From Curvularia clavata (taxonomy: Eukaryota), in assembly GCA_023920165.1 (NCBI GenBank), contig CP089275.1, positions 372,001 through 436,000 on the forward strand: 64,000 nt of DNA. The letters run 5' to 3'. The translations under genes were made by a program, and so were the position numbers. The notes under the pieces are model-generated. The model was not told the origin of the DNA, did not search any database, and saw only the letters and a program-made list of their open reading frames with translations. Positions 1-13,119 of this stretch are shown piece after piece; positions within the stretch are counted from its first letter, which is position 1, and each line of letters opens with the position of its first letter.

Positions 1-899
1 GGTAGCGATATCATAATGCAGCTCGACGACGTGATTGTAACTACGTCGCCGGATCATGCGCGCATGAAGGAGGCTATGGAGCGCTCGGTGCGTTGGCTCG
101 ACCGATGCATTCAGGCACACAAGTACCCCGAGAGGCAGAACCTTTTCTGTATCATACAAGGAGGCCTGGATCTGGAGATGCGGAGAGAGTGCACCGCCGA
201 AATGGTCGCACGAGACACTCCTGGTATTGCGATCGGAGGTCTGTCTGGCGGAGAAGAGAAGGACTCGTACTGCAAGGTTGTCAAGACATGCACGGAGCTG
301 CTTCCTGAGAAGAAGCCGCGATATGTCATGGGTGTTGTATGCTGCCTTGTTTGACCCGGTTGAATCAACTTACTGACCACCGTAGGGCTACCCGGAGGAC
401 CTTGTAGTCTCTGTAGCACTTGGTGCAGATATGTTTGACTGCGTGTGGCCAACGCGAACCGCTGTACGCCATTCTCCCCTTTATCCTTTCTACTGCATCA
501 CTAACCACCACCCAGCGCTTCGGTAACGCCATCACATCCCGTGGCTCCCTGAACCTGCGCAATGCCATCTACTCTGAAGATTTTGGCCCCATTGAAGAGG
601 GCTGCACCTGCACTTGCTGTCGTCCCACATCAGCGGGTGGTCTGGGCATCACGCGTGCCTATATCTACCATGTTACGGCAAAGGAGACGGCCGGTGCACA
701 TCTCCTTACCATGCACAATGTACACTATCAGCTGAGCTTGATGAAGCGTGCGAGAGAGGCCATTCTTGCGGATAGATACCCGCAGTTTCTAAAGGAGTTT
801 TTCAACGACCTCTATGATGGAGATAAGGAGAAATATCCCAAGTGGGCGGTCGATGCACTGAGAGGTGTTAATGTTGATCTTCTCAGTGATGAAGCTTAG
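1..899 (+). CDS. Queuine tRNA-ribosyltransferase catalytic subunit (TGT/QTRT1), 5' end outside the window
   Basis: Motifs [42 protein letters not shown], Zn site CTCTCC...HN. Introns 337-385 and 464-515 restore the frame; stop at 897-899. Confidence 0.95.
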
Positions 900-1511
900 G
901 GTTTGGTTGATTGGGACTATATAGAGTTGGTGGTAGAGAAAGCTATATCGACCAATTTGACCTATCCTTTTTCGCACATGCGGCTCATCTTGGGCACTTC
1001 TCTTAAGAAGACTTACCAACACATCATCTTAGATGATGTCCAGCCCGAAAAGAGAAGTAACTGCAATGTCTGCGTGTAGGCTACAAGTAGACCTTGGGAT
1101 GTTTACGGCCCTTACTAACAGGGTTGCAAGAGCTTAAATCTATTAGCTCTCCTTTCTCTAAAATGGGCTGGGGTGATTCAATCCCATAAGAGCATGGCGG
1201 TGTGACTCGACGAGGTGTATCGATAGATGTGTTGCTATCATCGACCGTAGACGGTCACCTCGGTGTTCTGATTGGCGTGTCAGGACAGACGGCAGCTGCG
1301 GAACGGTTAGGTCTCAAAGTCCTTATTCATTGGCTTCCCGAACTGACAAAAGGCGGTATTTCCAAACCAGAGGTGGTTGTTGAGGTTCGGTATATAAGAG
1401 TTTCTAGAGGTAAGGCAGTGTCTGGTACCGATTACCAGTCGACAACTGCATCATCGCGAGTGGACGTGAGTTGATTGTGGTCCCACGTTTGCAATGAGGA
1501 CACGCAGCGCC

Positions 1512-1518
1512 TATAAAA
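1512..1518 (+). promoter_or_regulatory. TATA box of the small secreted protein gene
   Basis: TATAAAA about 125 nt upstream of ATG 1638. Confidence 0.5.
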
Positions 1519-1637
1519 GGATCGTTCTCGCAACTCTACCATCCGTTCAGCTATACAACAGCATAGCCATCACTTCTATGAAGCAACCCAACTCTGACCC
1601 CATCCAACCCCTTTACTAAAGCACCACGATCCAGAAA

Positions 1638-2131
1638 ATGGGTTAGTAAAAAACAAAATCCCCAACAGACATTAAAGCCAGAACCTAACCCACCAAGAAC
1701 TCTTCTTCCTCCTCCCGCTCTCCCTCCTCCTCACTACCGCCCTTGCCCTCGACAAACCCAGACCCCGCCCCGCTTACTCCCGCAAACCCTTGGAATCCCA
1801 ACCCTTCCCCACCCGCTTCATCTTCAAAGGCGAAATCCTCAACTCATTTAACGACCTCGAATTTGAGAAACGCTTAATCGCAGCGACCACGCAGGCGCAA
1901 TGCCACAATATGGGTGGCTGGGCATGGAAGGGATGGTGGTACCGAAGAAAGTTTTCCTTCTCATGCGAGTGTGCAAGTAATTGGGAGCCAGAGTTTACTA
2001 TTGGTGATGATTTGACGTGGACGGGGACGGCGAAGCCCAATGGTAATTGTACGACTACTAGACCGAGGACGCAGGGGATGAGTTTGAAAATAGAGGACTG
2101 GCATAAGGGGGATAGGGATTTCGGTATCTGA
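1638..2131 (+). CDS. Small secreted protein, effector candidate (about 145 aa, 4 Cys)
   Basis: A 4-nt first exon ATGG, then intron 1642-1697 (GTTAGT...CTAAC...AAG), gives signal peptide MELFFLLPLSLLLTTALA in frame with ORF 1790-2131. Confidence 0.75.
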
Positions 2132-3078
2132 TGGTAGTAGGTTCAGGGCTGGGCTATATTTGTAGCTGAAGCAGATATAGAGATGGAATGTTTTATTACT
2201 TGGGACTCCTTTTGATGAGCCTGCAAACATATTCTTCAACTTCCCTCGTCCGCAAAAGATGACATACTACCATCCTTGCATGCAGCATGAGCTTTCCTCG
2301 TGTAGGTCTCAGGCATGATGCTTACTTCTGTCCGCCTCATAAATCAACTTCAGCTTTCGACATCAGTGGCAAAGCATTTTCTTACTCGTGCGGGCTGGTG
2401 CTGAGCTGGAACTTGGGTGGAGCAGCAGCGCCGCTGCTAGGTCTACCTTTGATAGAGAGCTTTGGCGTAATGTGGATCTCTCTGGCCATACATGTTGTTC
2501 TGATTATCTTCAATATTGTTCCACAGGTGCTACCAGTGAAGGGTTTTGCGACACTCATCGTAACAAAAATTATATTTCGCATTTGCCGAACAGAAGAAGC
2601 AAACCCCAGGTAAATCAATTCCCGAACTGCGGCTCTATTTAAGTATACCCGCATCATCCATTGGTTCATGTGGAAGAGTCTTCTATTTTGCTTAGACTTC
2701 CTACTCTTCGATTCCGTGGATTATTCATAGCCTACTACTGGCGTTTGTTAGACTCGCTATGTTTTGCAGCACTGCTAGAGTAACGATGTACGATATCGAT
2801 ACCTATGCAGAATACGCTGCTAGTGCTATTGCAGCACTCCCTCTCTCGAAAACACTGGCGGTCTTTTTTGCCACGGGCAACGCAAGATATGTATCATGCG
2901 CTCAGCTTCCAACGGGCTAGCAGTTTGTCGGAGTTCATGCGCTAGCACTGAGTTGCATTACTTCGGCTTTGCTGAGATGAAGAAGGAGAATATGAGCGGG
3001 GCCCGTTCATGAGAATAGATATTTATCGTATGCCATTGTGGCTCTAACCCCAAAACTTCTGGCCCTAGGCGAACTTCC

Positions 3079-3804
3079 CTAATCCAAGCTGGGTGCCAGA
3101 GCAATGGCTGAGAACCGTAGGTCCCCACCTTTTTCACTCTCAATCCTCATCAGTCTTCCAATCCCCTTCTCTAGGGCCGCAGGGCTAAGCACATCCTCAT
3201 CTTCGCGTAGCGCACCTCGATCAAGCGGACCCTTGCGATCACCTTCAAGCTCCCACAAATGCCCATCTTCTCCCTTGACGAACGCAACAAAATGCTGGCC
3301 ACGATGATCATCTCTCCGAGGCGGAGTATCACCAAGCTTCGCTGCCTCAGCATGGGCCTGCTCAAACGCATCCGAATCCTCGAGAACTTTGGCTCGCTCC
3401 CACATGGACTTTGGCAGCGCGCTAGTCCGGATCTGATCGAGAGTCGAGGAAGGCTTGATGTGTTTCGAGGCCGAAGTGTTGAGCAGACAGTGAACTAAGC
3501 CTATGCTGCCACAGGCATCACCGATTGTCTGCTTGAACCAGATAACGGGCTCATCCTCTCCCTTTCCTGCATACTCGGGTTTATCCTTGTCCTCTGTCGT
3601 GCGCTCTTCATGCCATGTGGGAGTATGCGGTATGATGACGAGCAGTGCCAAGGCGGGTCTGGGAATAAAAGCCAGCAAGTCCGGATCAGTCAGGGAATAG
3701 ACATCGTGGAAAGAGAATGCGGATGTATCGAAACCAAGCTCTTGTGCGAGGTAGTTCATAACCTCTGGATTGTTCTCCAGCATGATAAATTGCTTTTTAG
3801 CCAT
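3079..3804 (-). CDS. Ubiquitin C-terminal hydrolase (peptidase C12, UCH-L3/Yuh1-like)
   Basis: LENNPEVM, FKQTIGDACGSIGLVH (catalytic Cys), HFVAFV...LWELEGDRKGP; single exon from MAKKQ. Confidence 0.93.
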   Translation of the reverse strand: MAKKQFIMLENNPEVMNYLAQELGFDTSAFSFHDVYSLTDPDLLAFIPRPALALLVIIPHTPTWHEERTTEDKDKPEYAGKGEDEPVIWFKQTIGDACGSIGLVHCLLNTSASKHIKPSSTLDQIRTSALPKSMWERAKVLEDSDAFEQAHAEAAKLGDTPPRRDDHRGQHFVAFVKGEDGHLWELEGDRKGPLDRGALREDEDVLSPAALEKGIGRLMRIESEKGGDLRFSAIALAPSLD

Positions 3805-4519
3805 GGTGAGAGTTTTGTGAGCTTCAGTAATACTATGAGGAGAAAATTGGGTACTTTTCACAGTTGCATGGGAATATGAAGATGTTATAGAAAAGCCGCC
3901 AAGGGAGAAACATAAAGGTTCGCTGTAGGCAGCCGAGACGCGTGTCGTGGCTACCACTCCAGATTTACCAGGATCATAAAATTACCAGGCAACAACCCTC
4001 TCCACTATTTACACATCTGCAGGGTCAGTCAAAGGGCGTGCAGGACGGAGCCCCGGTCCCGGTAACTTCGACCCCGCACTATGCTTGAGCTGGCCGCGGG
4101 GCCTTCACTCGCAGGACGAAGCCGTCCTATTACCAAACCCGCAACGCAAGACGGGCATGCACTTCAGGGAGCGGCCTTTGCCAAATCACCAGCAATCCTC
4201 TTTTACATGCATAGACCTCAATGCTTCTCTCTGTGCCGCGAAAAGAGACGGTTCTCCATGTCTGCAACCCAAAACACCCTTGCATTTCCTCCGGCTCTCC
4301 GCAGCAATGAAGTCCAGTAGCTGATGTATGAGCTGAGAATCATCAACGTCCATGAGATTCGCAGACATGTATAAAATGACTCCTTCTCATAACTGCAAAC
4401 ATGCATTTCAGTCACTTTCGATTTGATCTTTTTCCTCCCCTCCGTCTACTATCCGCTGAATTGAATCTTCATATACAACAAGTCGACTCAGGACTCCAAT
4501 CCACAACACCACCACCACC

Positions 4520-5159
4520 ATGGACGACGAAGCCCGCCAGGCCCTAGCCACCATGAAGATGCCCCGGCGCCCCATCAACTTCGTCCCCGCCACATCTGGC
4601 GAAATCCTCAAATTAGGGCACATCACGTGCCGCATCATGGAAGACGGGTCACGAACCGACAACCGCATTGGCAGCGCAGAATTCACACTTCCACCAAACA
4701 CTGCCGGACCACCTGCGCATTGGCACGAGATGCACGACGAGACATTTCTCATTACCGAGGGGGTAGTCCGAGTACGTTGCCATCTTTTCCCCCCTCCTCA
4801 CCTCCCCCTCTTTCATTGCGCATTAAATATGGTAATATTTCGAGGACCTGATTGACTGAACGCCCCAAACCAAACAACAGTTCCACGCGCCCGACGGCCA
4901 GATCATAGATGCGCATGTAGGCGACTACGTGACTGTTCCGATTCGAGCACCGCATACATTTTCCAATCCGACGGATAAGCCTGCCAAGTTCTTCAACACG
5001 TACACGCCTGCTTTTTACATTGATTATTTTAAGATCATGGCCGAGGTGAGTAAGGAGGATACGAAGATGATGAAGGAGAAGAATTTAGCGGCTATGAGTC
5101 GGTTTGCGACGATGCCGGCGAAGGAGATGATGATGGAGGAGCAGAAGAAGGGGAGTTAG
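4520..5159 (+). CDS. Cupin (RmlC-like) domain protein
   Basis: GPPAHWHEMHDETF and GDYVTVPIRAPHTFSN cupin motifs joined across intron 4772-4880. Confidence 0.88.
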
Positions 5160-5764
5160 GTAAGAGAAAGACGGGAGAGAGAGAGAGAGAAAAGGAAAAG
5201 GTGAAAAAAGGGTAAACGTTTCCTTTGCTACAAGGCAGTCTGAATCAGAATGTTCATATATATATATATTGCTTCCAACGCAGTAGGCAGGCGGAATATG
5301 TAGTGAAATGTCCAGATGAGGATGAAAAGCAGAAAGACTATGGAGAAACAAGAAATTGGTTAGACAATTATCATCAAAATCAGTGTCAACAATTCCACGT
5401 CATTAGGATAGTTAAGCATAAAGTTTTTTTTTTGCAGATTGTTCCGTAGCGACAACACTATTTGTCTTGAAAAATCCCCCCCATATACAAGCTAGCTTCA
5501 TATACGCATATATATATATGTATGTATCTATACACGCACAACAACCCTTACAAACGCAACACTGGAATTCGGAAAAGAAAATTGGTATCATAAATAAAAT
5601 GTACAAGAAAACAAAGGGCTAAAACCCCTACGATGATCGGTACCAAAGTGTTTCCTAAAATTGCCCTCTCTCTAATTCCCTGAAATCGTCTCTGGAAAGC
5701 AAAAAAAAAAGGCAAGTGTGCTCTAGAGAGCCTGGGTGTAGCGAATCGGTGGGCCGATGGTGGG

Positions 5765-7781
5765 CTAAGCAACCATAGCCTGGTTGGGATAGTCGGTGTT
5801 TTTGCCGTCTGATCCGGGTAGCCTTGGATTCGCATGCGCCAGGCCTGATTGCGCGGCCTCCTTGAGTTGCACCTCGACGTTTCGCTCATGTTCGCGCTCT
5901 GGCGGAGTGGTGCGGGACGGGGTTGGGCGCGCATCATGGAGTGCGTCCTGATGCTGCGCGGGTTGCGTAGACGGTTCGAGGTTTTGATGGTGAGATGGTT
6001 GGTGTTGTGGGGTGTGTTGGCCATTGCTGTGTGAGGCGTGTGAGGGCGTCATTCCATGGTGGGATGGACTCTGCATAATCGAGGGACTGGCCGTACTCGC
6101 TCGGTCGCCGGCTTCGTGATCACTCGTTTCGCTTTGGCCGTTGCTGGTGGTTCCCGGAGGGTAGGTGTAGCCGCCACGCAACTCGCCTTCGCGAACTTCC
6201 TTCCATGAGCATTTTGCATGCTTCTTAGTGCATCCCATGCATGCCGTGAGGTTCTTCAAGCAGTCCATGTGTAGTCTTCTGCAACGGTCGCAGGGCGGAA
6301 CAATGCGCTCGCCCTTGGCCAGACTCTCCATCCTTTGCACCATCTCGACTTTGAAAGGGCCCCCGTCATCTTTCTCGGGTTGTTGACTGGCGCGTTGACT
6401 GGACGCTGGTAGGAGATTGGAAGGCGTGTTTGGTATGGGGACAGGCGAGTTCATCATAGTGTGCAGCTCCGACTCATTGAGAGGATGCGAGGGCCTGGGA
6501 ACGGGCTGTTGGGTGCCAGGAGGTCCTTCAACTGGCTTTTGAAGTGCTCTGGATGGAACTGCCGAGGGTGGAGAGGGGTGAGATGCGGTATGGCTGCCAA
6601 CAGATGGTCTCCGCACTTCGGCGCTGCTGGAGGGAGGCTGCGATAGCATGCGCCGGTCATTTACGGTATGAAACTTGGACAGGAGCTCGTGTCGGGTTGA
6701 CGAGGAAGAGCCATGGCCGCGACTATGACTGTGACTGTGGCTGTGGCTGTGACTGTGAGAATGGCCGTGGCCGTTGGATTCATGGTGCGGACGCGCATTG
6801 ACTGCTACAAAGCCACTGCCACCGGGTGATGGGTGAGCGGGTTGGCCGTGTGGGGGACCATGTGCCTGGCTGTGTCCTGGAGTCGACGCGTTGGAGTTGC
6901 TCCCATTCATAAGAGCAACATTAGAAGGACTGGTAGGTCTGGCGATTGGAGGCGCTGGGACTGCAGTTGCTCTGCGATCGAGGATTGCTTGTTTGCGGCC
7001 TTTTAGCCGGTGGTTGAGCTGCCTTGTGCGAGCAGCGACTGTTGCAATTAGTTAGAAGAGCCGAGCAAAGGGTTTGCGAAATCCAGGTCCAATGTCGCCC
7101 AAGGCGATGTAACGGAGGGATCATCGACTTACCCTGATCAGCCAAGGAGCATATTTGGCTCAGATTCTTTTCGAGAATCTCTATCGTGCCCAATTCCTTT
7201 TCCTCGTCTTCGATGATGGGCTGGGGCGGAATCATCTTTTGGGGGATGCCCGAAGAGATGAGGACAAAGTCTTCTTCTGAAATCTGGACCCGGCACTGCT
7301 TGGTGTAGAATTGGCAGACCCTCACGCCCTCGCTCATCTGGTCGAGCTGAAACTGTTCTGGCTTGTTGCGCGCAAACTCGACCACGTCGAGCCACGAGAC
7401 GGTGGTGCCGTCCTTGCCGTGGCTCTTGAGGACGCGCGGGGGACCGTCGAACAGTCGCTCGAAGCGCTTGATCAGAATGGGGCCAAGCGGGCGGGCGCCG
7501 AGGTTGCAGGCCATGCTCTCGTGGCGGTCGAGCACGCCCTGGTAGTCGCTGAGCAGCGAGAGGATGTTTGGCAGCGTGTCATCGTTTGTGATGAGGGGCA
7601 GGTCGTTCTCGTTGTGCCTGGCCAGGTAGTTGATCTGCAGATGGTTGTGCTTGGCGGTTTTGGGGAGTGGCGCAGGCGCCAGGTGCATGTCGTGCGAGGG
7701 ACTGCGTTTGCGCTTGAGATCGGTGGGCAGAGGCGAAGCATGGTGGGGGGGATTCGAGGCCATGGCGTCGTTGGTGGCCAT
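5765..7781 (-). CDS. Putative transcription factor with an internal Zn(II)2Cys6-like cluster
   Basis: Intron 7132-7039 joins ORFs 6921-7781 and 5765-6910; CDRCRRLHMDCLKNLTACMGCTKKHAKC = CX2CX6CX6CX2CX6C; His-Ser repeat. Confidence 0.85.
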
Positions 7782-8673
7782 ACCTGCGTGGTGTGTATGC
7801 GACGGGGGTGCTGTGTCTGTCTTGGTGGGCGAAATGGAGCAAAGAGCGGCTTGATGGCGAGCGAGACGGAGGCTAGTGAGCAGCCAACTCAGCTAAGCAG
7901 GGCGCGCCGGAGCGGTGCGCAGTGGACGCGAGAGGGAGACGAGCAGGGGCTGCAGACTACCGGCGGAGACACATGTCGCATAGACCGAGTGTCGAGTGTC
8001 GAGTGCTGCAGCAGTGGGAGGCAGATGGTTGGGGGAAACAGGCGAGGAGAGTTGAGGTGAAGCGGAGCGGCTGGCGGCCGGTGGCTGAGGAAGTGGGAAG
8101 GCCGAGAAACAGCGCCAGCAAGGGAAGGGAGGAGGGGGGTGCGCGTGGGCGCCGGAAATAACGCCCTACACAGTCCGAGTTCCCTCAACTAGTCAATCAG
8201 GGCCCGGCGGCGTGCCGTGTTCTCGACCTGATAAGAGACAAGGGACCGGAGACGGTGTGAGCAGCTGCTTCAGGTTGTGCCGCATCGTGGCTACAAGTCA
8301 AGCACATTCTAGAGTATGTACGTGTGCGGGTAGTCGTTGTCAGTGTCAGGAACTGCCTAGCCGCGGCGCCACAGGCCAATCGCACCACTGCCCTTGTCCA
8401 GCACCACTATCGCGCTTGGCAACAAATATAAGCAATATCGCCATCGCATACAAGGTCTAATAGTCCAGGGTCTTGTAGCGCACTCGAGCGTGGAGGCGCC
8501 GAGCAGCCGTCTGGTTTTGTAGTATGTGTGGACGCGCAGCCGGCATGGTGGAGGGGCGCACGGACCACCCGATTCGTCACCGTCCAACTCTCATTCCTTT
8601 GTAGCTCCAGCCTGCGCGTTAGTCGACCTTTTTACAATTGCCCAGACGCGTCACTTTGTCCAACGCTAACACA

Positions 8674-9213
8674 ATGTCTGAGCGAGGCGCATTTCGCGGC
8701 CGAGGCGGCGGCCGGGGAGGCGACCGTGGCGGAAGGGGCGGCGGTCGAGGAGGCGGTGGTGGTGGTGGGGGATCCCACGCTGGTGGACAGACGGAGAGGC
8801 CCAAGAAAGAGAACATCCTCGACCTCAGCAAGTACATGGACAAGCAGATCACCGTCAAGTTCAGCGGAGGCAGAGAAGGTAGGCCGCTTCACCAGAGACG
8901 GAGCAAGATGCGAGCCGTCACTATGCAAGCAACAAGTTGACTGATCCATCCCCGCAGTCGTTGGCACATTGAAGGGCTACGACCAGCTCATGAACCTCGT
9001 TCTCGACGAAGTCAAGGAGGCGCTTACAGGTATGCTGCAAATCTGCCCTCTACGCCCAATCCTCAGCTATACCTAACCATACCAGACGAGGAAGGCAACA
9101 TTCGATACCGCAAACTCGGCCTCATCGTCGCCCGTGGCACCCTGCTTGTCGTCATCTCTCCCGTAGACGGCAGCGAAGAAATCGCCAACCCTTTCTTGCA
9201 AGAGGAGGAATGA
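8674..9213 (+). CDS. LSM7: U6 snRNA-associated Sm-like protein LSm7 with RGG-rich N-terminus
   Basis: KKENILDLSKYMDK.I.VKF.GGREV.GTLKGYDQLMNLVLD, RKLGLIVARGTLLVVISPVDG; introns 8879-8957 and 9030-9085. Confidence 0.96.
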
Positions 9214-10432
9214 TTGCCCAAAGTCTCTGGCAATTGTGTCGAGGATAGCAGCACCACGTTTGTGCCGTCGAGACGGCGAGCGAAGAGCAATCTGTGACGT
9301 GGACAAAGCCAATGCCGCGATCCAGGGGCTCGGAATAGGGTACGAAGCCCGTTACGATACCCGCGAGGGACATGGGTCACCAAGACCATCAGTGTAATGC
9401 TGGGTCAACGGAGTGTAGGCCTGTCTGCCATGGCCATGGCTACACCCAAGGTTGAAAATAAAAGAAAAATCAGCAGAGACCGACACCAGACTTGCCTGTG
9501 ACCGTCTTGTTGTATAAGCCTGAGCACCACTCACAGGGACGCTTAGGAGTGCTAATCTGCCCAAGTCATCTGTATAGGATTTTGGGCTACAGCCGAGTAC
9601 TGCAACGTTTCCCATAGCGACCCCTATGCATGGATGTGATGAGAGGCTGTGCGGCGCCTGTGGCTGAGACACGCCGTGCAGCCGGTTGCAGCCCAGGCGT
9701 CTGCCTCAGTCGCGTGTCATGACTCTGCTCTCCGTCTGGGCTGTAGATACATACATACAGAACGTACAAGTATATGTCCAAGTATAAGAGGCCAGAGTCA
9801 ATGCAAAACGCTTGCTACGCACTTCTTGTTGAATGACCGCCTTGGCTTCCTTGTCAGTCTTGGACACACACAACATGCAAGCTGCAAAGACAAGCAGTCC
9901 AGCGCGGTCAAGCAAAAAGCACGCGCCCCTGGTGTTCGCGCGCGAAATGACAAGGTGGCTGTGCTATATAGTTGCGGCGTCGGCTACCCACATTGCAACA
10001 CGGACTCGCATGTGTGCCTGCGCCAGGCCAGGCACCAGTTTATTGACACCACCACATAAGCCCAGCCTCGCTCCCGTATCAACCCATTGTCCCCCTGATC
10101 CCTCCTGCCTTGTCCATCTCAGCACTGCATACGTCTTCTCCAGAGCGACATATAGACGAACAAAGCATTCCCACCTTGTCATCCTTACAGCCCACGACCT
10201 AGTAGTCACTTGGGCCATCTTGGACCCCGTCATCACGGCCCGCAGATCATCCATCGGACCGAACTGCTCTGAATCCCCCATTTGGGCAGCTCCGCACACA
10301 ACGGCCGACTTATTGTTTCGAGCCGCGACATCCATGCAGCTCCGTGAGCGAGTCTAGAGGCCGGCCACTCTCACATTGGACCCTGCCCGGCTGCTTTCCG
10401 TCTCATATCCCAATACCAAACTGCACCCAAAC

Positions 10433-11494
10433 ATGGCATTCGAGATGGACACGGCCGATACTTCGGCATCGCCATGGCTAGATTCACTATCTAGCTTCGT
10501 CGCTACAAGAACGCGCATGGAGATTTGGTTAACCCTGGCGGCAGTATTGCTGCCGTTATTCCGCCTCATCATCACCCTGCACCGTCGCAAAATCCACCAA
10601 CGAAATCAAAAGCCCTTTCCCTTTCTGGAACTTCCCCAGGAACTCCGAGACATGGTGTACGAATACTTTCTCGATGACCCCGTGTATCCTGCCCCAGCAC
10701 GACAATCACACCAGACCACTTCCGCTGTAGCAACGTGGATGAGACCAGGGCGCTGGACACTGACGGCACCCTCCACACCATCCCCCTCACAACGAGGCAG
10801 CAAATGGATCTTCCTTGCTAACAAGCAGATCTATTCCGAGTACATGGACATGCTATGTAAACGCCGAACATTTTACCTGAATGTATCGCCACAAACTTAT
10901 ATTCCCGCTGATACCTCTACCAATACCACACCCCCTTCCTCTGCCTCCCAAACCCCATCACACGATGCGCCCGTCTGGACCATCTCGCCCGCCACACTCT
11001 CCAAAATCCACCACTGCTCTCTCAACCTCATTACTGCCTCCTCCATGCTCGGCGTCACAGACCCACGCTCCATGACATCCTCATCCTGGACCCTGGGCCG
11101 CCGCATGCGCGAACAACTCAAGCACATGTCGTCCATCCAGTCCTTTACCCTCGACGCCAAAGCCCTCGGCGACCCCCTGTGGAATCCTTTATGGATATGG
11201 TACCACGCCTCGCAGTCGCTCAAGCTGCTCGGCACAGACATTTCCGACACAGTGCCCAAGGGCCCCCAGCTCAGCCAGATACATTTTTCCCTCGATACGT
11301 GGTCTCCTGGTGAGAATTTCCTCAAACGTCTCCCGGATCAGGGATGGACCTGGTATTGTACGAGGGGTCATGTTGTCGCTGCAGACTCGGGCTATGAAAT
11401 GACAGTCAGAGAGTTTTGTGCAAAATTGTACAAGGACTGTAGGGTTTGTCGAGAGGATAGGGGCGAGGAGTATGAGGATGAGGAGGTGTTGTAG
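10433..11494 (+). CDS. Hypothetical protein with an N-terminal hydrophobic helix and F-box-like motif
   Basis: Long single ORF; PFPFLELPQELRDMVYEYFL is a fungal F-box-like signature; a TM-like stretch IWLTLAAVLLPLFRLIITL precedes it. Confidence 0.75.
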   Translation: MAFEMDTADTSASPWLDSLSSFVATRTRMEIWLTLAAVLLPLFRLIITLHRRKIHQRNQKPFPFLELPQELRDMVYEYFLDDPVYPAPARQSHQTTSAVATWMRPGRWTLTAPSTPSPSQRGSKWIFLANKQIYSEYMDMLCKRRTFYLNVSPQTYIPADTSTNTTPPSSASQTPSHDAPVWTISPATLSKIHHCSLNLITASSMLGVTDPRSMTSSSWTLGRRMREQLKHMSSIQSFTLDAKALGDPLWNPLWIWYHASQSLKLLGTDISDTVPKGPQLSQIHFSLDTWSPGENFLKRLPDQGWTWYCTRGHVVAADSGYEMTVREFCAKLYKDCRVCREDRGEEYEDEEVL

Positions 11495-11729
11495 GTAGCT
11501 TGGGTGTAGACTTGGTTTTGTTGTATTTTTTTTTGTTCTTATTGATCTAACGAGTTGGATTCTCTTACTAAGGGCCCCCGGAGTTGGAATCACAGGTAAA
11601 CTATCTTGGTGGCGTAATAACATGGATTGGGTTGACTTCATCTTAGTCCCATCTTATTCTCATATCGTCTCATCTTATATTTCAGATACTTTTATCGAAA
11701 CAACAACCGTGTTTCCATCCTATGCATCC

Positions 11730-13119
11730 TCATTCTTTGCGCGCTATCCAGAACGACGGGCGATAAGTACTTTGTAGCATGCTCCTCGTATTAGTAATAT
11801 ACCCCGTCTCAATCGTGTTTGTCTCCTGCTTCTCGATACTGAAGCCGAAATGCTGCACCAGCGCAATCACTTCTTCGTTTGTAAGTTCAAACGACCCCGG
11901 GTCGCCTATCCCTGCATCTCCTTCTCTTCTCTTCGCTTCCTCTTCTTCATCATCGTCGCCATGGTCTTTACGTCCCGGCGGCGGGTGCCACAGCAAGGGA
12001 CCAAGGTTAATCCATACACCCCCGGGCTTGAGGCAGTTGGCCACAGCTTCAATGTACCGGATGAGATTCGGGGCGGTATCAATAAAAAAGACGGTCGTTA
12101 CCGCGTCAAACGCATCCGCATAGTCTGATCGACCGTACACGACGCAGAAGTCGCCCATGGACATGCTCATGCGCTCCGAAGCAGGAACTTGCGAGGCCTG
12201 GTCTTTTGCGAGTTCGGTTGCCGGATGCACATCCGGTATCTTGATGGTACGCAGTTGATCAGCACGTGAGACGTGGTTGGAGCTGCTGAGTGCCCAGGGT
12301 GCGAGAGAGAATTGGCCCGCATGCTTTGTTTCGTTGAGCACGAGGGCGCTGGCCATGAGCATGTGGTACGAAATCTCGTTGCCCTCGACGCTGAATCCCG
12401 CACGGCAAATGTCGAAGACGAGACGGCCTAGCCCAACGCCTGGGACAAGGACGTGGAATTCACTGCGGTCCTGTTGCTGCTGCTGCTGCGAAGCCGAACT
12501 AGTGTCTTTACTCCGTGACGTGGCTTCCTGCTCAAGGGCAGCTAGTACAGGTTCAAAGCAAGCTTTTCTTTCCCCTTTACCTTCCTCGCTCCATTCCCGG
12601 TAAAACTGATTGACGCAGCTTCTCGCCTTCTCCAGATCGTTTGCGTTCGCCCGGCTTCCCGGATGCTTGGCTATCAGCGCATCGAGAACTATGTCAAAGA
12701 CTTTGAATTCATCTCGCGCATACTTTTCTGGTACTATCGAAGCTACCCATTCGCTGTCGAGCGTGGGTGCCAGGAATGACTTGAAGCCAGCGGTGAAGAT
12801 GGCTTCGGCCAGAATAGCGTTAGAGTCAATTAGGTCATCTATTGCGGATAAGGTAGAAAGCAGGGAGAAAGGAGGGCGTGAGAGTAAGGTCCAGTGGGCG
12901 GAGGGGAGCGAATAGAAGGCTTGACGGCGTGTATGGGTGGCATTGTAGTGCGCGTGTCGGCGGTACGAGCTAAGTAGGGACTGTCAGTGGATGTATCGTG
13001 TGGATTCATTATATGTCGTGACTTGAGTTGTAAATTGGGATGTACCGGAATGAGTCCAAGACCGAGACCATAAGTCTTTGTTCCTCAGGATCAGACATGG
13101 GGTCGTAGTCGTCCTGCAT
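11730..13119 (-). CDS. N2227-family methyltransferase (carnosine N-methyltransferase-like)
   Basis: QFYREWSEEG, VLVPGVGLGRL, EGNEISYHML, GDF, TVFFIDTAPN, WINLGPLLWH; intron 13045-12970; start codon tentative. Confidence 0.9.

Noticed and set aside
1021..1039. Palindrome ACATCATCT-T-AGATGATGT downstream of TGT
   Set aside because: Isolated 9-bp stem; bacterial-type terminators do not apply to fungal Pol II genes and there is no other support
2287..2700. Overlapping short ORFs between the secreted protein gene and UCH
   Set aside because: No consistent splice model or recognisable motif
3805..3957. ORF-track N-terminal extensions from GTG/TTG starts (UCH; also 46446-46619)
   Set aside because: Eukaryotic genes; family similarity begins at the downstream ATG
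5170..5530. (GA)n, (AT)n and poly-T runs
   Set aside because: Ordinary simple repeats in convergent 3' UTR regions
7311..8060. 249-aa + strand ORF, and many similar antisense ORFs (e.g. 29299-29808, 60083-60667, 61128-61760)
   Set aside because: Shadows of GC3-rich real genes on the opposite strand, with no domain signal
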